Below are positions 36,940 to 49,544 of a stretch of 64,000 nt of DNA, in pieces. The stretch lies in contig OZ024743.1 of assembly GCA_964016885.1 (NCBI GenBank), forward strand, positions 214,954,001 through 215,018,000, given 5' to 3'. A program made the translations under genes and the position numbers. The notes under the pieces were generated by a model. The model was not told where the DNA came from, did not search any database, and saw nothing but the letters and a program-made list of their open reading frames with translations. Origin of the DNA: Eledone cirrhosa (taxonomy: Eukaryota). Position 1 is the stretch's first letter; every line of letters starts with the position of its first letter.

Positions 36940-39900
36940 GTCATGATGGACTCAGATGATAGCCGGATCCGTCCTACATGCGACAGCAGGTGTTCGACAT
37001 AAACCCACAAGTCAGCAATTTTCGGACATTGGACGAGTGCGTGCAGGACGGTTTAGTCGCCCTGCGCGCATCTCGGATATGCCCGGCTGACAGCACCTCC
37101 ATGGCTGTAGAGTTTATCCCGAACTGGCAAAGCTCCTCGGTAACACTGCCAGGCCAGAGATTTCTGGAACTTGTCCATTGGCCCCGGTCCGAAAGTTCTT
37201 CCGAAAAGATTGGCTAGTTGATTTTCGTAGACGCCTAGAGTTTCCCCAATTACGTCGTCGCTCTTCCCCTCCACTAATCCTCTATAGAACGCCGTGATGG
37301 AGTTTCCACCGATCACATTGCCCGATTGGTCGAGGGCTGTGAGCGCCTGAAGACATTCCAGTCTCCAGGCGCTCCCTCTCAGTCTTCGCTTGGCCCAAGA
37401 CTGCAGCTCCGTCAAGGAAACGAGGTGGGGAAATACGTGTCTAGCAAACGGCGACCACACATGATCACCGTCGAGGAAGAGGTGGGGATGTCGTAGCCTT
37501 AGCGCGTGTCTGCGCATCATCAGCCACGGCATGCCCAGCCCTCCACGTAGCGGGTGTTGACAGCAGATGGACCGCCTGACCATCGGAGCGCGTCACTTCC
37601 ACAAAAAGCGAAAGAGCAAATGCTCCAGCGCAGTCAGGCGGGGCTTAGGACAAGGTACGACGGTCAGGTGGTAGCAGATGACAGACGCAATGTACGCGTT
37701 AGCCACCTCCGCTCGACCTTTCAGGGATAGCTTCCTCTCCGCCCATTTCTGGTTGAGAGAAGCCATCCTGCTCGTCACCTCGTCCCAGTTTTTGTCCGTC
37801 TGGAGGTCCGGACCGAACCAGACCCCTAGCAATTTAACCGGTCCATCCGTCCAGCGTCCGACGACGCTGTTGGACGACATGGACCTGCCTCTCCAGGTGC
37901 CGAGCTGCAGGCCCACTGACTTTTCCTGGTTGATCATTACTCCTGTCACTGCTTCGTATTCTCTTAGTGTAGTGCCGATTGCCTCGATGTGTTTGGCGTT
38001 CAATACCACTACAGTGACATCGTCCGCATATGCTGACACGGATCTTCCGCAACCTAGTTCGCGCGGGATCCCCCACAACGTCTCTAGTTTGTGCAGTAAT
38101 TGCTCGAGAGTCAATACGTACGAGAGGGACGAAAGGCGACATTCTTGCCGGTCCGAGCGCATGATGTTGAACGGTTCCGAAAGGTGACCGTTCACTCTCA
38201 CCACAGAGCAGATATCTCTGTGCATGGCAGCGATCCAGCCTCTGAAGCGAGCCCAAAGTCAGCCGCCCTCAGGACTGCCGCTAGGTAACGATGGTCGACC
38301 CTATCGAAAGCTTTCGACTGATCTAACTTGATCAAGGACCCACCCGTGCCAGGTTCCTAGCTACCCTCTCCACGATGTATCGCATGAGGTGGAGGTTGTA
38401 GTGGATGGATCTGTCGGGAATGGCGCATGCCTGCGCCTCTCCCACCAGACCACCAACGACAAACGCCAACCTCTTTGCTAGCACCTTGACCAAAATCTTG
38501 AACACTGTGTTTAGCAGTGTTATGGGCCTGAAATTATCTATGTTATCCCCCTTGTTCGGATCCTTTCTCAGCATTGCCACCGCTCCTCGGCTCACAGAGC
38601 TGCGAATTCTCCCGTTCTGTTGCCAGTTGCAGTAGACGTCCGCCAAGAGGCCTCCGAACAAGTCTTGCATCTGTACGTAAAGTTCATAGGGAAGACAATC
38701 CAAACCAGGCGGATTTACCCCTTGTGCAGCCAGTCATTGCCACCCGTACTTCAGCGGCTGTTATCGGCTTTTCGCAACACTCCGCCTCAGTGGCCGAGAG
38801 CCGCAGCAGTCGTCGAGGTAGACATTAAAGTCCATCCCTTGACACGGCCCACCGCAGCCCCCGAAAAGCTGCGCGAATTGTCGCTGAAAAGCTTCACATA
38901 TATGCCCGGGATCGCGTAGCATGCGCCTGTCGTTGTCCACCGAAGACAGGATCGTGGCTTTGTTGCCACGACGCGCCTCCGCCACTCGGGCCCATTGAAC
39001 GGCTTTCGTCCCCTCGTGTCTCAGAGCACGCACCCTAGCTCTGACAACGCAGCCTTCTTGCTTTGCATTGATGAATTGGTCAAGGGCCAATTTCGCCGCA
39101 AGTACGTCGGTCGCGATGCCTTTTCTAAGCGCCTCGTCTAATTTCCTGACTAGTTCTCTCGCTGCTCTATTTTTCTCTATTGCTAAAGCCTTACTAAACC
39201 TAATGGATTCTATTCTAATCGCTCTTTTCAGAGCAAACCACCACTTGTTGTTGACGATGGCCACCGTCAACGCCGACTTAACTAGTTCGCTAATCCGGTC
39301 TCTGTAGGCCTTGCGCGCTGGTAAGGACGCGTTTAGCTTCCAGTAACCGGGTCCTCGGCTATGAAGCCTATCTAAGACAAGCACACAGATCACGTATTTG
39401 TGGTCCGTGTAGCTGACTATCTTGAATTGTGGACAGCCTATGCTAGACCTATCTATTTCCCTACAAAGTCCCAGCGTGCATCTAAGATCCCGTTCGAGTC
39501 GCCCACTAACACTAAATAGCGGGACGTTCCAAGAAAGGTCTCCAGACGCCGGAAGAAATCAGGCCGCCCTGCTCCTGCCGGCGCATAGACGGCCACTAGC
39601 CTGAAACCTTGCCCGTCTCCGCTGGTCACGTCCAGCACCACCAACTTACCCTATGTGTCCAGGAAGATGGCCCGTATGGCGAGATCCAAACCTCTCCGAA
39701 AAAGCACAGCAACTCCTTCCCCCGAGCCAGGACGGCTGGGAGATGCGTACACCTCGTAACCGCCGAAGATCGGTGCGAAAGCCCGTGCTTCGGAGATTCT
39801 GGTCTCGCTGATGGCCACTACATCTATGTTTAGTGACCTGAGGTCGTTGAGCAGGTGACCCTGCTTCCATAACGACCCCAAGCCACGCGCATTTATGCTG

Positions 39901-42327
39901 CCTATTCTGAGTGAGCTCATGTTTAAAATGGAGTGGAAAAGATGGGAAAGACCACTTACCGTACTTTTCGTAGAGGAAGGATGGTTTCTCCATCCCTTTT
40001 CACTTGATCGTCTGGTGAAGGGACAGTTGAATCGTCCCTTCGGCTGAAGTCGGCTCTTCTATGCGTATGTCCGTATATACTCTCCGGTTGAGAGTCACTC
40101 CTAGGTCTCTGAAATAACCAACTGCGTTGGGGAATTTCGTTTTAATGTTTGTGTATTGTTTCTGTGCTATTTTTACCAGTCTTATGTTCGATGGCGTTTT
40201 GATTGGTGCTGGTATTATGTAGTCGTGCTGTGAAATGTCTGTGTGTTCAATTATGTAAGTCATTAGTTTCTTGCTGTGTGTATTTATTGCCGTGTATTTG
40301 TTTTTTTCTGGGGGGTGGAGTGTGGTTCTGCTATTTTCTTGTCGTTGTTGCTGGGTGTGTGTTTTCTGGTTCTGTTTGCGATGTTGGTGCTTGTGGTGGT
40401 GGTGTTGAAGGTGTTGTTGTTGTTAGCGGTGGGGTTGTCGCCGGTGGTGATGGTGGTGCTAGTGTGGTTGGTGATGATGTTGGTGGTGTTGCGGCTGTGA
40501 GTCTCTTTGCAGTAGCCTTTACCCTTTTTTCATTTCTTTCCTCACTTTTCGAAGGTGGCGATGCGCTGATTCTGCGTTTGTGCCTTCTTACGACCTTTTG
40601 GAATCCCTCTCACACCTCACACTCCATGTCTGATTCTGTGAGGTCGGGGAGGGGTACCAGCTCCACTCTTTCACTTGTTGTTGTTGGTGATGTTTGCAGT
40701 GGAGTCTCTGTTGCAGCTGCATTTGGTATTACTGTTGTTGTTGTTAATACTTCCACTGCTGCTACTTTTCTTGATTTCCGTGGCGTGGGTATGGGTGCCA
40801 CGGACCTATCGTTCCTGGTTGCCGCTTGTCCTGTTGCTGGTAGCCGTGGAGCCAGTTTCGGAAGGAGGGGGGTTTTCTCCTTTCTCAGGGTCTTCTCGTT
40901 GCAGATGGCCCTGAGGTGAGTCTTCGATCCACAGCGAAAGCATTTCGGGCGTTTGCCCTCAAAACTTATGGGCAGTTGAGTACCGTTATCGAAGTCTATC
41001 ACATCCGGGATAGCTTCGATGCACTCCTGGTTGGTTTGGATTAACATCTCAATGGAGGTGCCGTCCCAATCTTCTCTTACTTTTTTCTGTACTTGCAGTA
41101 CAGTTCTTTTGTCCTCGATTCTAACGAGGACAGACGCGGCCAGGCAAAAAGGGGCCATCCCGGGGGGGAGGGGGGAGGGAGTCAGTTTGACCCTCACAAT
41201 TCTTTACCCACAGTAGGAGAGCACCAACACCATTTCCTCGCTCTTAGGGTCACTAAGGATTGAGCCTTTGCCTCCTGGGATGTAGCAAAAAGCACGTCTA
41301 CGGTGGCATATTTCTTGCCTCGGGTGATATGCGTTTTCCGCTGCCACACAGACCCTAAGGCTTTTTGTATTTGAGCCTCTGTGGCTCTTTTAACCCTACG
41401 GGATTTTGTGCTTACTGTACGGTACGTGACCGTACAGTGCTGTTGGGTTTCGAAAAATGTTTCGGCTGCCTTGCAGATTGCTCGGTGTCCGCATTTCGTC
41501 ACCATCTTCTTCGCTTTCTGTATTTCCTCATTTGTTATGAGGATGGTTTCCAGGTTCGTTGCGATACCTGCAAACGAGATTGGTTTTTATTTGCTGCTGT
41601 AATTGTTGTTGTTGTTGTTGGCGTCAGAGCTGCTGTTACTTTTGTTGTTGCTGCAGGTACTACGACTACTGCCGCCGCCGCTGTTGCTGTGGTTGTTGTT
41701 GTTCTTGCTGCTGCTGCTGTTGTTGTTGCTGTTGCTGCTAATGCTGTTGTTGTTTATGCTGCTGCTAGTGCTGTTGCGGCTGCTACTGTTGTTTTCCTTG
41801 TCACTGTTGCTGCTGCTGCTGTTATTACGGCTGCTACTGCTATTATTCATGACGTCAGACGAATGAAATGGGTATTCGTATTTCCCGCACACCTTTTTCG
41901 TCGTTGTCGTCGTCGTCGTGGAGAAATGTTGCACCCTTTGCAGGTAATCTTTCTTTACTGGCATTGCTTGCGAAAGGGAAGGGACGGAGAGAGACACATT
42001 TAGAGAAGGGAGGGAGAGAGACAATCTTCTCTCTGCTGTAGTGACGATTGAGGAAGAAGAAGACGGAATGAGTGGGAGTGACGTATGAAAATTCTTTTTC
42101 GTAGCCATGTTTTTTTTGTTTAAAATAAATATTGGGCACAAAACCCCAATAAGCGGTTATTTAACCCAGAAGGGTCAAATAACGGTCAGAAAGACCCCTC
42201 TCACGAGGAGGAGGGTGTTTTTGTCTACAATTTGGTTAAAGTTTTAAACTATTTACAATTGTTATAGCGGTCAAAATTTACAATACCTTACTGAGCCGAG
42301 CCTCCGTCAACCATAGCATTCAATTAG
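36940..42327 (-). mobile_element. Tx1/L1-clade LINE copy 2 (5'-intact, 3' end lost, degraded)
   Basis: ORF1 from ~42108 (Ser/Asn-rich N-terminus, CFRCGSKTHLRAIC). ORF2 from 39920 (MSSLRIGSINARGL, ISET, GPGYWKLN, FRPITLLN, AYADD, GGLGMP). Ends inside ORF2 after the CCHC region. Confidence 0.92.
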
Positions 42328-42433
42328 AATAATAATAATTGTTTCTACTTTTGGCACACGGCCAGCAATTACCCCAGTGTATTACTGGTACTTTATTTTA
42401 TCGACCCTGTAAGGATGAAAGGCAAAGTTAACC
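42328..42433 (-). mobile_element. SINE 3' half whose (ATT)n tail abuts the 5' end of Tx1 copy 2
   Basis: aataataataattgtttctacttttggcac...ggatgaaaggcaaagttaac. Confidence 0.88.
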
Positions 42434-42711
42434 TAGGACATAAATTGGGAGGTAAAATGGATTTGGAACTGCCATGAAGTCAAGGTCGTTCCGGTTGTTA
42501 TAGGCGCATTAGGTACTATCTCAAAGAGACTCCAAGGATGGATACAGAAGATTAGTCCAGCTCCGCTTCTTGGAACACTTCAAAAGGCATGCTTGCTGGG
42601 AACAGCAAGAACCCTCCGATACGTCCTGAACATCTGAGACTGCAGGTAGCAGCTTGATATTCATTTCAATAAACTTTCCAGTTAAATAACATCAATGACT
42701 GAGACTCAAAA
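42434..42711 (+). mobile_element. Dong-A 3' fragment
   Basis: Encodes VKVVPVVIGALGTISK..LQKACLLGTARTLRYVLNI*, then the 3' UTR and (TAA)n. Confidence 0.9.
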
Positions 42712-42721
42712 ATAATGATAA

Positions 42722-42919
42722 TAATAATAATAATTGTTTCTACTTTAGGCACAAGGCCAGCAAATACCCAGTTCATTACTGGTACTTTATTTTATCGACC
42801 CCGTAAGGATGAAAGGCAAAGTTAACCACGGCGGGATTTGAACTCAGACTGTAAAGGGACGTAACTATGCTAGAAAGCATGGCGTCCAACCCTCTACCGA
42901 TACTGCCAATTCACCGCCC

Positions 42920-42920
<1 letters not shown>
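42722..42920 (-). mobile_element. full-length tRNA-derived SINE within (TAA)n
   Basis: Minus strand reads GGGCGGTGAATTGGCAGTATCGGTAG...GAGTTCAAATCCC...core...GTAGAAACAATTATT. TAA repeats on both sides. Confidence 0.93.
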
Positions 42921-42965
<45 letters not shown>

Positions 42966-42967
<2 letters not shown>

Positions 42968-45900
42968 TTTCTGTATTAACCACAAGGGTTTACATAAAGT
43001 AGACATTAAGGACAGTGCAGCACAATACAGGACGGTACAAATGTGCATTTCTGCGTGTAAAAAAAAACAGAGGATGTAATAAAAAAATAACAATGAAAAA
43101 TTCCCCAATAGGGGGGAGACTTCCGAGGGACATTTGTGGAGGAAGCCCATTAAAATGCCACAGTGACCCTGACCACCAGGGCAAGTGCCCTCTCCCAGTT
43201 TTCCACCTTTAATTTACAGACACATACTCAGAGTAGGCCCATTCACACGGGCCATCTTGCCTCTCCCACCCATCTTTCAACAAAAAGCTGGAAAGAGAGC
43301 ACTTCCCTCTCTACCATGATTTTTTTATCAAATAAAATTTGAAAAAGTTAATCAGGGCTCCACGGAATCTGTAAGTACTCGTCTTCAGCCCTTTCAGAAT
43401 CGTGCACCATACTATCTTTTTCGCCATGGCCACCAGACAGATAAAAACTGCCTGCCCTTCCCGGCTAAAGGAAGAGGGTGGGGCAATCCTCACGATGGAC
43501 TCAGATGATAGCCGGATCTGTTCTACACGCTACAGCAGGTGTTCGATATAACCAACAAGTCAACAATGCTCGGACAATGGACGAGTGCATGCAGGACGGT
43601 TTCATCGCCCAGCGTGCAAAGCGGACATTCCCGGCTGACGGAACTTCCGTGCTTGTAGAGTTTATCCCGAACTGGCAAAGATCCTCGGTAGCACGGCCAG
43701 GCTAGGGATTTTTGGAAATTGTGCATAGGCCCCGGCCCGAAATTTCTACCGAAGAGATTGGCTAGTTGATTTTCGTTGTCGCCAAGAGTATCCCCCTGCA
43801 CATCGTCGCACTTCCCCTCCACTAATCATCTATTGAACGCCAAGGTGGAGTTTCCACCGATCACATTTCCCGATTGGAGAGGGCTGTGAGCGCCTGAAGA
43901 CATTCTAGTCTTCAATCGCTCCCTCTCGGTCTTCGCTTCACCCAGAACTGCAGCTCCGTCAAGGAGACGATCTTCGGAAAGACGCGTCTAGCAAACGGCG
44001 ACCACACCTGATCACCGTCGAGGAAGAGGTGTAGATTCGTAGCCTGAGCACGTGTCTGCGCATCATTTGCCACGGCATGCCCAGCCCTTCACCTAGCGGG
44101 TGTTGACAGCAGATGGACCGCCTGACCATCGGAGCGCGTCCTTTACACAAAAAGCGAAAGAGCAAACGCTCCCATGCAGTCAGGCGTGGCTTAGAACAAG
44201 GAACGACGGTGAGGCGGTAGTAGATGACGGACGCATTGTACGCATTCGTCACTTCCGCTCGACCTTTCATGGATAGCTTCCTCTCTGACAATTTCTGGTT
44301 GAGAGAAGCCACCCTGCTCGTCACCTCATCCCAGTTTTTGTGCGTCTTGAAGTCCGGACCGAACCAGACCCCTAGCAATTTAACCGGTCCGTCCGTCCAG
44401 CGTGGACAGCATGGACCTGCCTCTCTAGTTGCCGAGCTACAGGCCCACCGACTTTTCCTGGTTGATTATTGCTCCTGTCACCGCTTCGTATTCTTTTAGT
44501 GTGGTGCCGATCGCCTTGATGTGTTTGGCGTTCGACACCAATACGGTGAATTTGTCCGCATATGCTGACACGGATCTTCCGCATCCTAGTTCGCACGGGA
44601 CCCCCCTCAACGTCTCCAGTTTGTGCAGTAATGGATCGAGAGTCAATACGTAAGAGAGGGATGAGAGGGGACATCCTTGGCGGACGGAGCGCATGATGTT
44701 GAACGGTTCCGAAAGGTTACCGTTTAGTCTCACCACAGAGCAGATGTCGCTGTGCATGGCCGCGATCCAGCCTCTAAAGACGGGCCCAAAGCCAGCCGCC
44801 TTCAGGACTGCCGCTAGACAACGATGGTCGACCCTATCAAAAGCTTTCGACTAATCTAAATTGATCAAAGATCCACCCATGTCAGGTTCCCTAGCTACCC
44901 TCTCCACGATGTATCGCATGAGGTGGAGGTTGTCGTTAATGGATTGTTTGCATGTCTGCGCCTCTCCCACCAGACAACCAACGACAAGCGGCAAGCTCTT
45001 TGCAGGTACCTTTATGGGCGTGAAATTCTCTATATTATCCCCCTTGTTCGGATCCTTTCTCAGCATGCCACAGCTCCTCGGCCCACAGAGCTGGGAATTC
45101 TCCCGTTCTGTTGCCAGTTGCTGTAGACATCCGCCAAGAGGCCTCTAAACAAGTCTGGCATCTGTACGCAAAGTTCACAGGGCAGACCATCCAAACCATT
45201 TATCCCTTATGCAGCCAGTCAATGCCTCCCGTACTTCAGCTGCAGGTAGGCACTAAAGTCCATTCCTCGATCAGGTCCGCCGCTGCCACCGAACAGCTGA
45301 GGAAAATGTCGCTGAAAAGCTTCACACATTTGCTCGGGATCGAGTAGCATGTACCCGTTGTGGTCAAACCAAAGACCGGATCGTGTATTTCTTGACACGA
45401 CGCGCCTCCGCCACCCGGGCCCATTGAACGGCTTTCGTCCCCTCGTGTCTGAGAGCACGCACCCTAGCTCTGACAACGGAGCCTTCGCGCTTTGCGCTTT
45501 GCATTGAAGAATTGGTCAAGGGCCAATTTCGCCGCAAGTACGTCGGTCGCGATGCCTTTGCTAAGCGCCTCGTCTAATTTACTAACTAGTTCTCCCTCTG
45601 TTCTATTTTTATCTATTGCTAATACTTTACTAAACCTTATGGATCTCTATTCTAATCGCTCTTTTCAGAGCAAACCACGACTCGTTGATGACGATGTCCC
45701 CCGTCAACGCCCGCTTAACTAGTTCGCTAATCCGGTCGCTGAAGGCCTTGCCCGCTGTTAATGACGCGTTTAGCTTCCAGTAGCCGGGTCCTTCTCTATG
45801 AAGCCTATCTAAGTCAACAACACAGAATACGATTTTGTGGTCCGTGTAGCTGACTATCTTGAATTGTGGACAGCCTATGCTAGACCTATCTATTTCCCTA

Positions 45901-48110
45901 CACAATACTCTATCTAGATATGATCTGGATGACAAGGTACGGTTTGTCCAAGTCCACATTGGCACATTCGGGAAATCCAATCGGTACCTCTCAGACAGCT
46001 CAAAGCGCCTGAGAAGGCTGGTGAGGCTCTTGAACTCTCCTCCCCTATCCGCTAGCCCCACACTATCCCAGCGCTCATCTAAGAATCCGTTCCAGTCGCC
46101 CACTAACACTAGAGAACGGGATATTCCAAGAAAGGTCTTCAGGCGCCGGGAAAATTCAGGCCGTTCTGCTCTTGTTGCGGCATAGGCGGCCACTAGCCTG
46201 AAAACTTCTCCTTTTCTCCTGGTTACATCCAGTGCCACCAACTTACCCTATGGGTCCAAGAAGACTGGCCGTATCTCGACATCCAGACTTCTCTGGAACA
46301 ACACGGCCACTCCTGATCCGGGACGGCTTGGAGATGTGTACACCTTGTAGCCACCGAAAATGGGGGTAAGGCCCGTGCCTCGGAGATTCTGGTCTCGCTG
46401 ATGGCCACAACATCTATGTTTAGCGATCTGAGATCGTTCAGCAGGTGCCCTCCTTCCAAGACGATCCAAAGAGTAGCCATGTTGGGTAGGATAGGAGGAA
46501 AACATGTGAGAGGGGAGAGGTACAAAAAAATTACCTGTGGCTCTACTTTAGGAAGGGGTTGGGTGATCCATCCTCCGACCATTGGTGGGTTTCTCCATGA
46601 GAATATCCGTGAATACCTTTTTGGTGATGTTCCCTCGGTAGTCTCCAATTGATGCGGGGAACATTTGTTTAATGTTCTGTAATTTTTGCGTGTAATTTCT
46701 ATTATTTTTATCTGTGTACGTGTGGGAAGGGGGTGCAACTTTGGTGGTTTGTACGTAGTTTGTTTCTGTGATGTTGGTGTGGTGTTGAATGTAATTTAAA
46801 AGCTTTGTGTTGTCTGTGTATATGGCTGTGTATTGTGTCTGCTGTTTGGGTGTTGGTGTTTTCTGTGTTTGCTGTCGTGTTGTAGGAGGTGACGATGGGG
46901 TAGATGGTAAGTGTGTTGTTGCTGGTGGTGGTGGTGGCGATGGTGGTGGTGGTGGTGGCAGTGGCGATGGTGTTGGTGTTGGTGGTGGTGTTGATGGTGT
47001 AGGTGGCTGTGGGATCTGGCTGTTGATGGTGGTGGAGGAGGTGGTGTGGTTTTCATTTTTTTTTTTAAGGTTCTTTCTTCCTCTTTTTTTTTGGGGGGGG
47101 GGGGGGATGAGGGTAGGGAGTTCTTTCTTTTTTTGTTGGAATAGTATCAACTCTTCGCCCTCATCGCACTCCTTGGCCGACTTGGCTATATCAGGAAGGG
47201 GTATGCTTTGCATTGGTTTTGTGGGTGGTGGAAGAGATGCTGTTTTTGTTGTTGGGGATGGTGATTTCTCTTCTGCCACTGTGTTCTTTGTTTGTTTGTC
47301 TGCTCCAGTTGAGGGGGGGGGAGGGGGGGAGGCGTGTCTGTTTTGGTAATTTTGTGGCAGAATGTCTTGTCCCCGTATCCATGACACCTTGGGCGCCTAC
47401 CTTCGACAGTCACGGGTAGATGGCTGCCGTCGTCCAGGTCTAGTACATCGGGGATGGCCTCAACGCTTTGATGGTTTGCTTGGATGATTAGCTCCATCCC
47501 ACACGCTATCCAATTTTCCTGTCTTATTCGTATGACGTTGAGTATGGTTGTTGAATCCTCAACGTCAGCGAGGACGGCTGCCGTCAACCACGCCATCTCC
47601 ACTGAGGGTGGAACCTGGCCTACTCGAAACCTCACGACTCTCTGGCCGCAGTATGTGGGCATCATTGTGATTTCGTCACCGCGGAGTGGTGCAATGGAGT
47701 GTGCTCTGACTTCCTCTGGTGTAGCGAAGAGCACATAGACAGTGCCATATCTCGATCCCCAGGCTATATATGTTTTCTGTGCCCAGACGGCACCCATAGG
47801 TCTTTGGATCTGTGACTGCGCTGCCCGTTCAACTCGCCGATATTTTGATCCGATCGTGCTATAACCGACCGAACACAATAGTTTGTTTCTTATTATCTCA
47901 GCTGGGCGTGTGAGACTTACTCTGTGTCCTTTGCTTGTTTTATCTCTTCGTTAGTGATGTGTATTTGCTCAAATTTGTTGGTCGCTTTAGCGAAAGATGT
48001 GTTTGTTTTGATTTGTGTTGACAGGTCACTTGTTTTGTCTTTGTTGCCGGCGTCGGTGTTTTTGTTTGTTTCTTTTTCATTTGTGTTGCTGCTGTTATAG
48101 TTGTTGTTCT
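42966..48110 (-). mobile_element. Tx1/L1-clade LINE copy 3 (3'-intact, 5' end lost, degraded)
   Basis: ORF1 47186-47878 plus a Pro/Thr-rich tail. APE 45630-46480 (VGDWNG, SYLDR, TDH, GPGYWKLN), RT 44000-45200, CPLC..ETVLHALVHC at ~43570-43630. The 3' UTR ends at (TAA)n 42920-42965. Confidence 0.92.
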
Positions 48111-49303
48111 TTGATTCATATCTAAATAGTAGGAATGTCATAAGGGCAGTAAATTCCCGAGCTGTGTCTATTATTAGGTACAGTGCGGGAATTCTGAAAT
48201 GGAATGTTGCTGAACAAAAACCAATGGCTAGGTAGACTAGGAAGCTATTGACTATCTACAACATGTTCCACAAGAGGAGTGATGTCGATAGACTCTACTT
48301 AAAGAGATCTGAAGGTGGAAGAGGTCTCATCAGCATCGAGCACTGTGTTCAGATGGAGAAAAACAACCTGGACAAATATTTGACTGACAGTAGAGATCCA
48401 ATGCTCAAAATTGTACTGACGGAGAATACAATAGACCAGGGGATGTCCAAGGAGGAAATAACAACAAGGGGGAAGAGGAACCTTCATGAACAATCCCTTC
48501 ATAGTACCTTCTTTGAGAAAACGGAATATAAATATCCACAGACATGGAACTGCTTAACAAAGCTACAGAAGGAATGCTAATGGCTGCGCAAGAGCAAGCC
48601 CTCAAAACGAAGTGGGTGAAACACCATATTTACAAGGAGGAGGCTAGCCCACTGTGTAGGATCTGTGGAGGGAGAGAGGAGAATGTGGCTCACATTGTAT
48701 CCGAGTGTAAAAACCTAGCCCAGACTCACTATAAAGGCTGGAGACATGATGTGATGGGCAGGGTGATCCACTAGCACCTATGCAAAGTAAACAATTTACC
48801 ACATTCTGAGAAGTTGTATGAGCATAAGCCAGAGTCGGTGATAGAGAGCGATCGGGTGAAGGTGCTGTGGGATTTTAGGATACAGACGGACAAAAAATTA
48901 GAACACAATAGGCCTGACCTGGTGGTTTTTGACAAGGACAAAAAAATATCGTGCTTGATTGTAGATGTAGTCTGCCCATTTGACACGAGAGTGCAAGTAA
49001 AGGAGAGAAAGAAATTTAACCGATACCAGAACTTAAAGTGGGAGTTTAAAAGGATTTGCAACTGCCATAAGATCAAGGTCGTCCGGATTGTCATAGGGGC
49101 ACTAGGTACTATCTCAAAGATTTTCCAAGGATGGTTAAAGTAGATTAGTATAGTCCCGTTTTTTGTAAAACTTCAAAAGGCATGCTAGCTGGGAACAGCA
49201 AGAAGCCTCCAATACGTCCCGAATATCTGAGGCTGCAGGTAGCGGCTTGATATTAATTTCAACAAACTGTCCAGTTAAATGACATCAATGACTGTGACTG
49301 AAA
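48111..49303 (+). mobile_element. Dong-A 5'-truncated copy (thumb, CCHC, RLE, 3' UTR)
   Basis: RLYLKRSEGGRGL, CRICGGREENVAHIVSEC, RHD, NRPDLVV..IVDVVCP..K; ends in TAA repeats. Confidence 0.92.
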
Positions 49304-49335
49304 GAATAATTATAATAATAATAATTATTATTATA

Positions 49336-49532
49336 CGGGTGGTGGATTGGCAGTATCGGTAGGGGGTCGAACGCCATGCTTGTCAGCAAGGAGTTACAAA
49401 CCTTTACGGTCTGAGTTCAAAATCCTGCCGTTGTTAACTTTGCATTTCATCCTTACGGGGTCGAGAAAATAAAGCAGCAGTAATCTACTAGGATAATTGC
49501 TGGCCTTGTGCCCAAAGTAGAAATAATTATTA
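49336..49532 (+). mobile_element. full-length tRNA-derived SINE
   Basis: A/B boxes, core, and 3' gtagaaataattatt. Confidence 0.9.
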
Positions 49533-49544
49533 ATTTTATTAGCT

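Noticed and set aside
41559-42003. Cys-rich and Ala/Val-rich plus-strand ORFs
   Set aside because: Antisense of the (CAG/CAA)n low-complexity N-terminus of Tx1 ORF1.
42722-42920. SINE heads as tRNA genes
   Set aside because: A/B boxes are present but there is no full cloverleaf; each is fused to the SINE core and dispersed in many copies.
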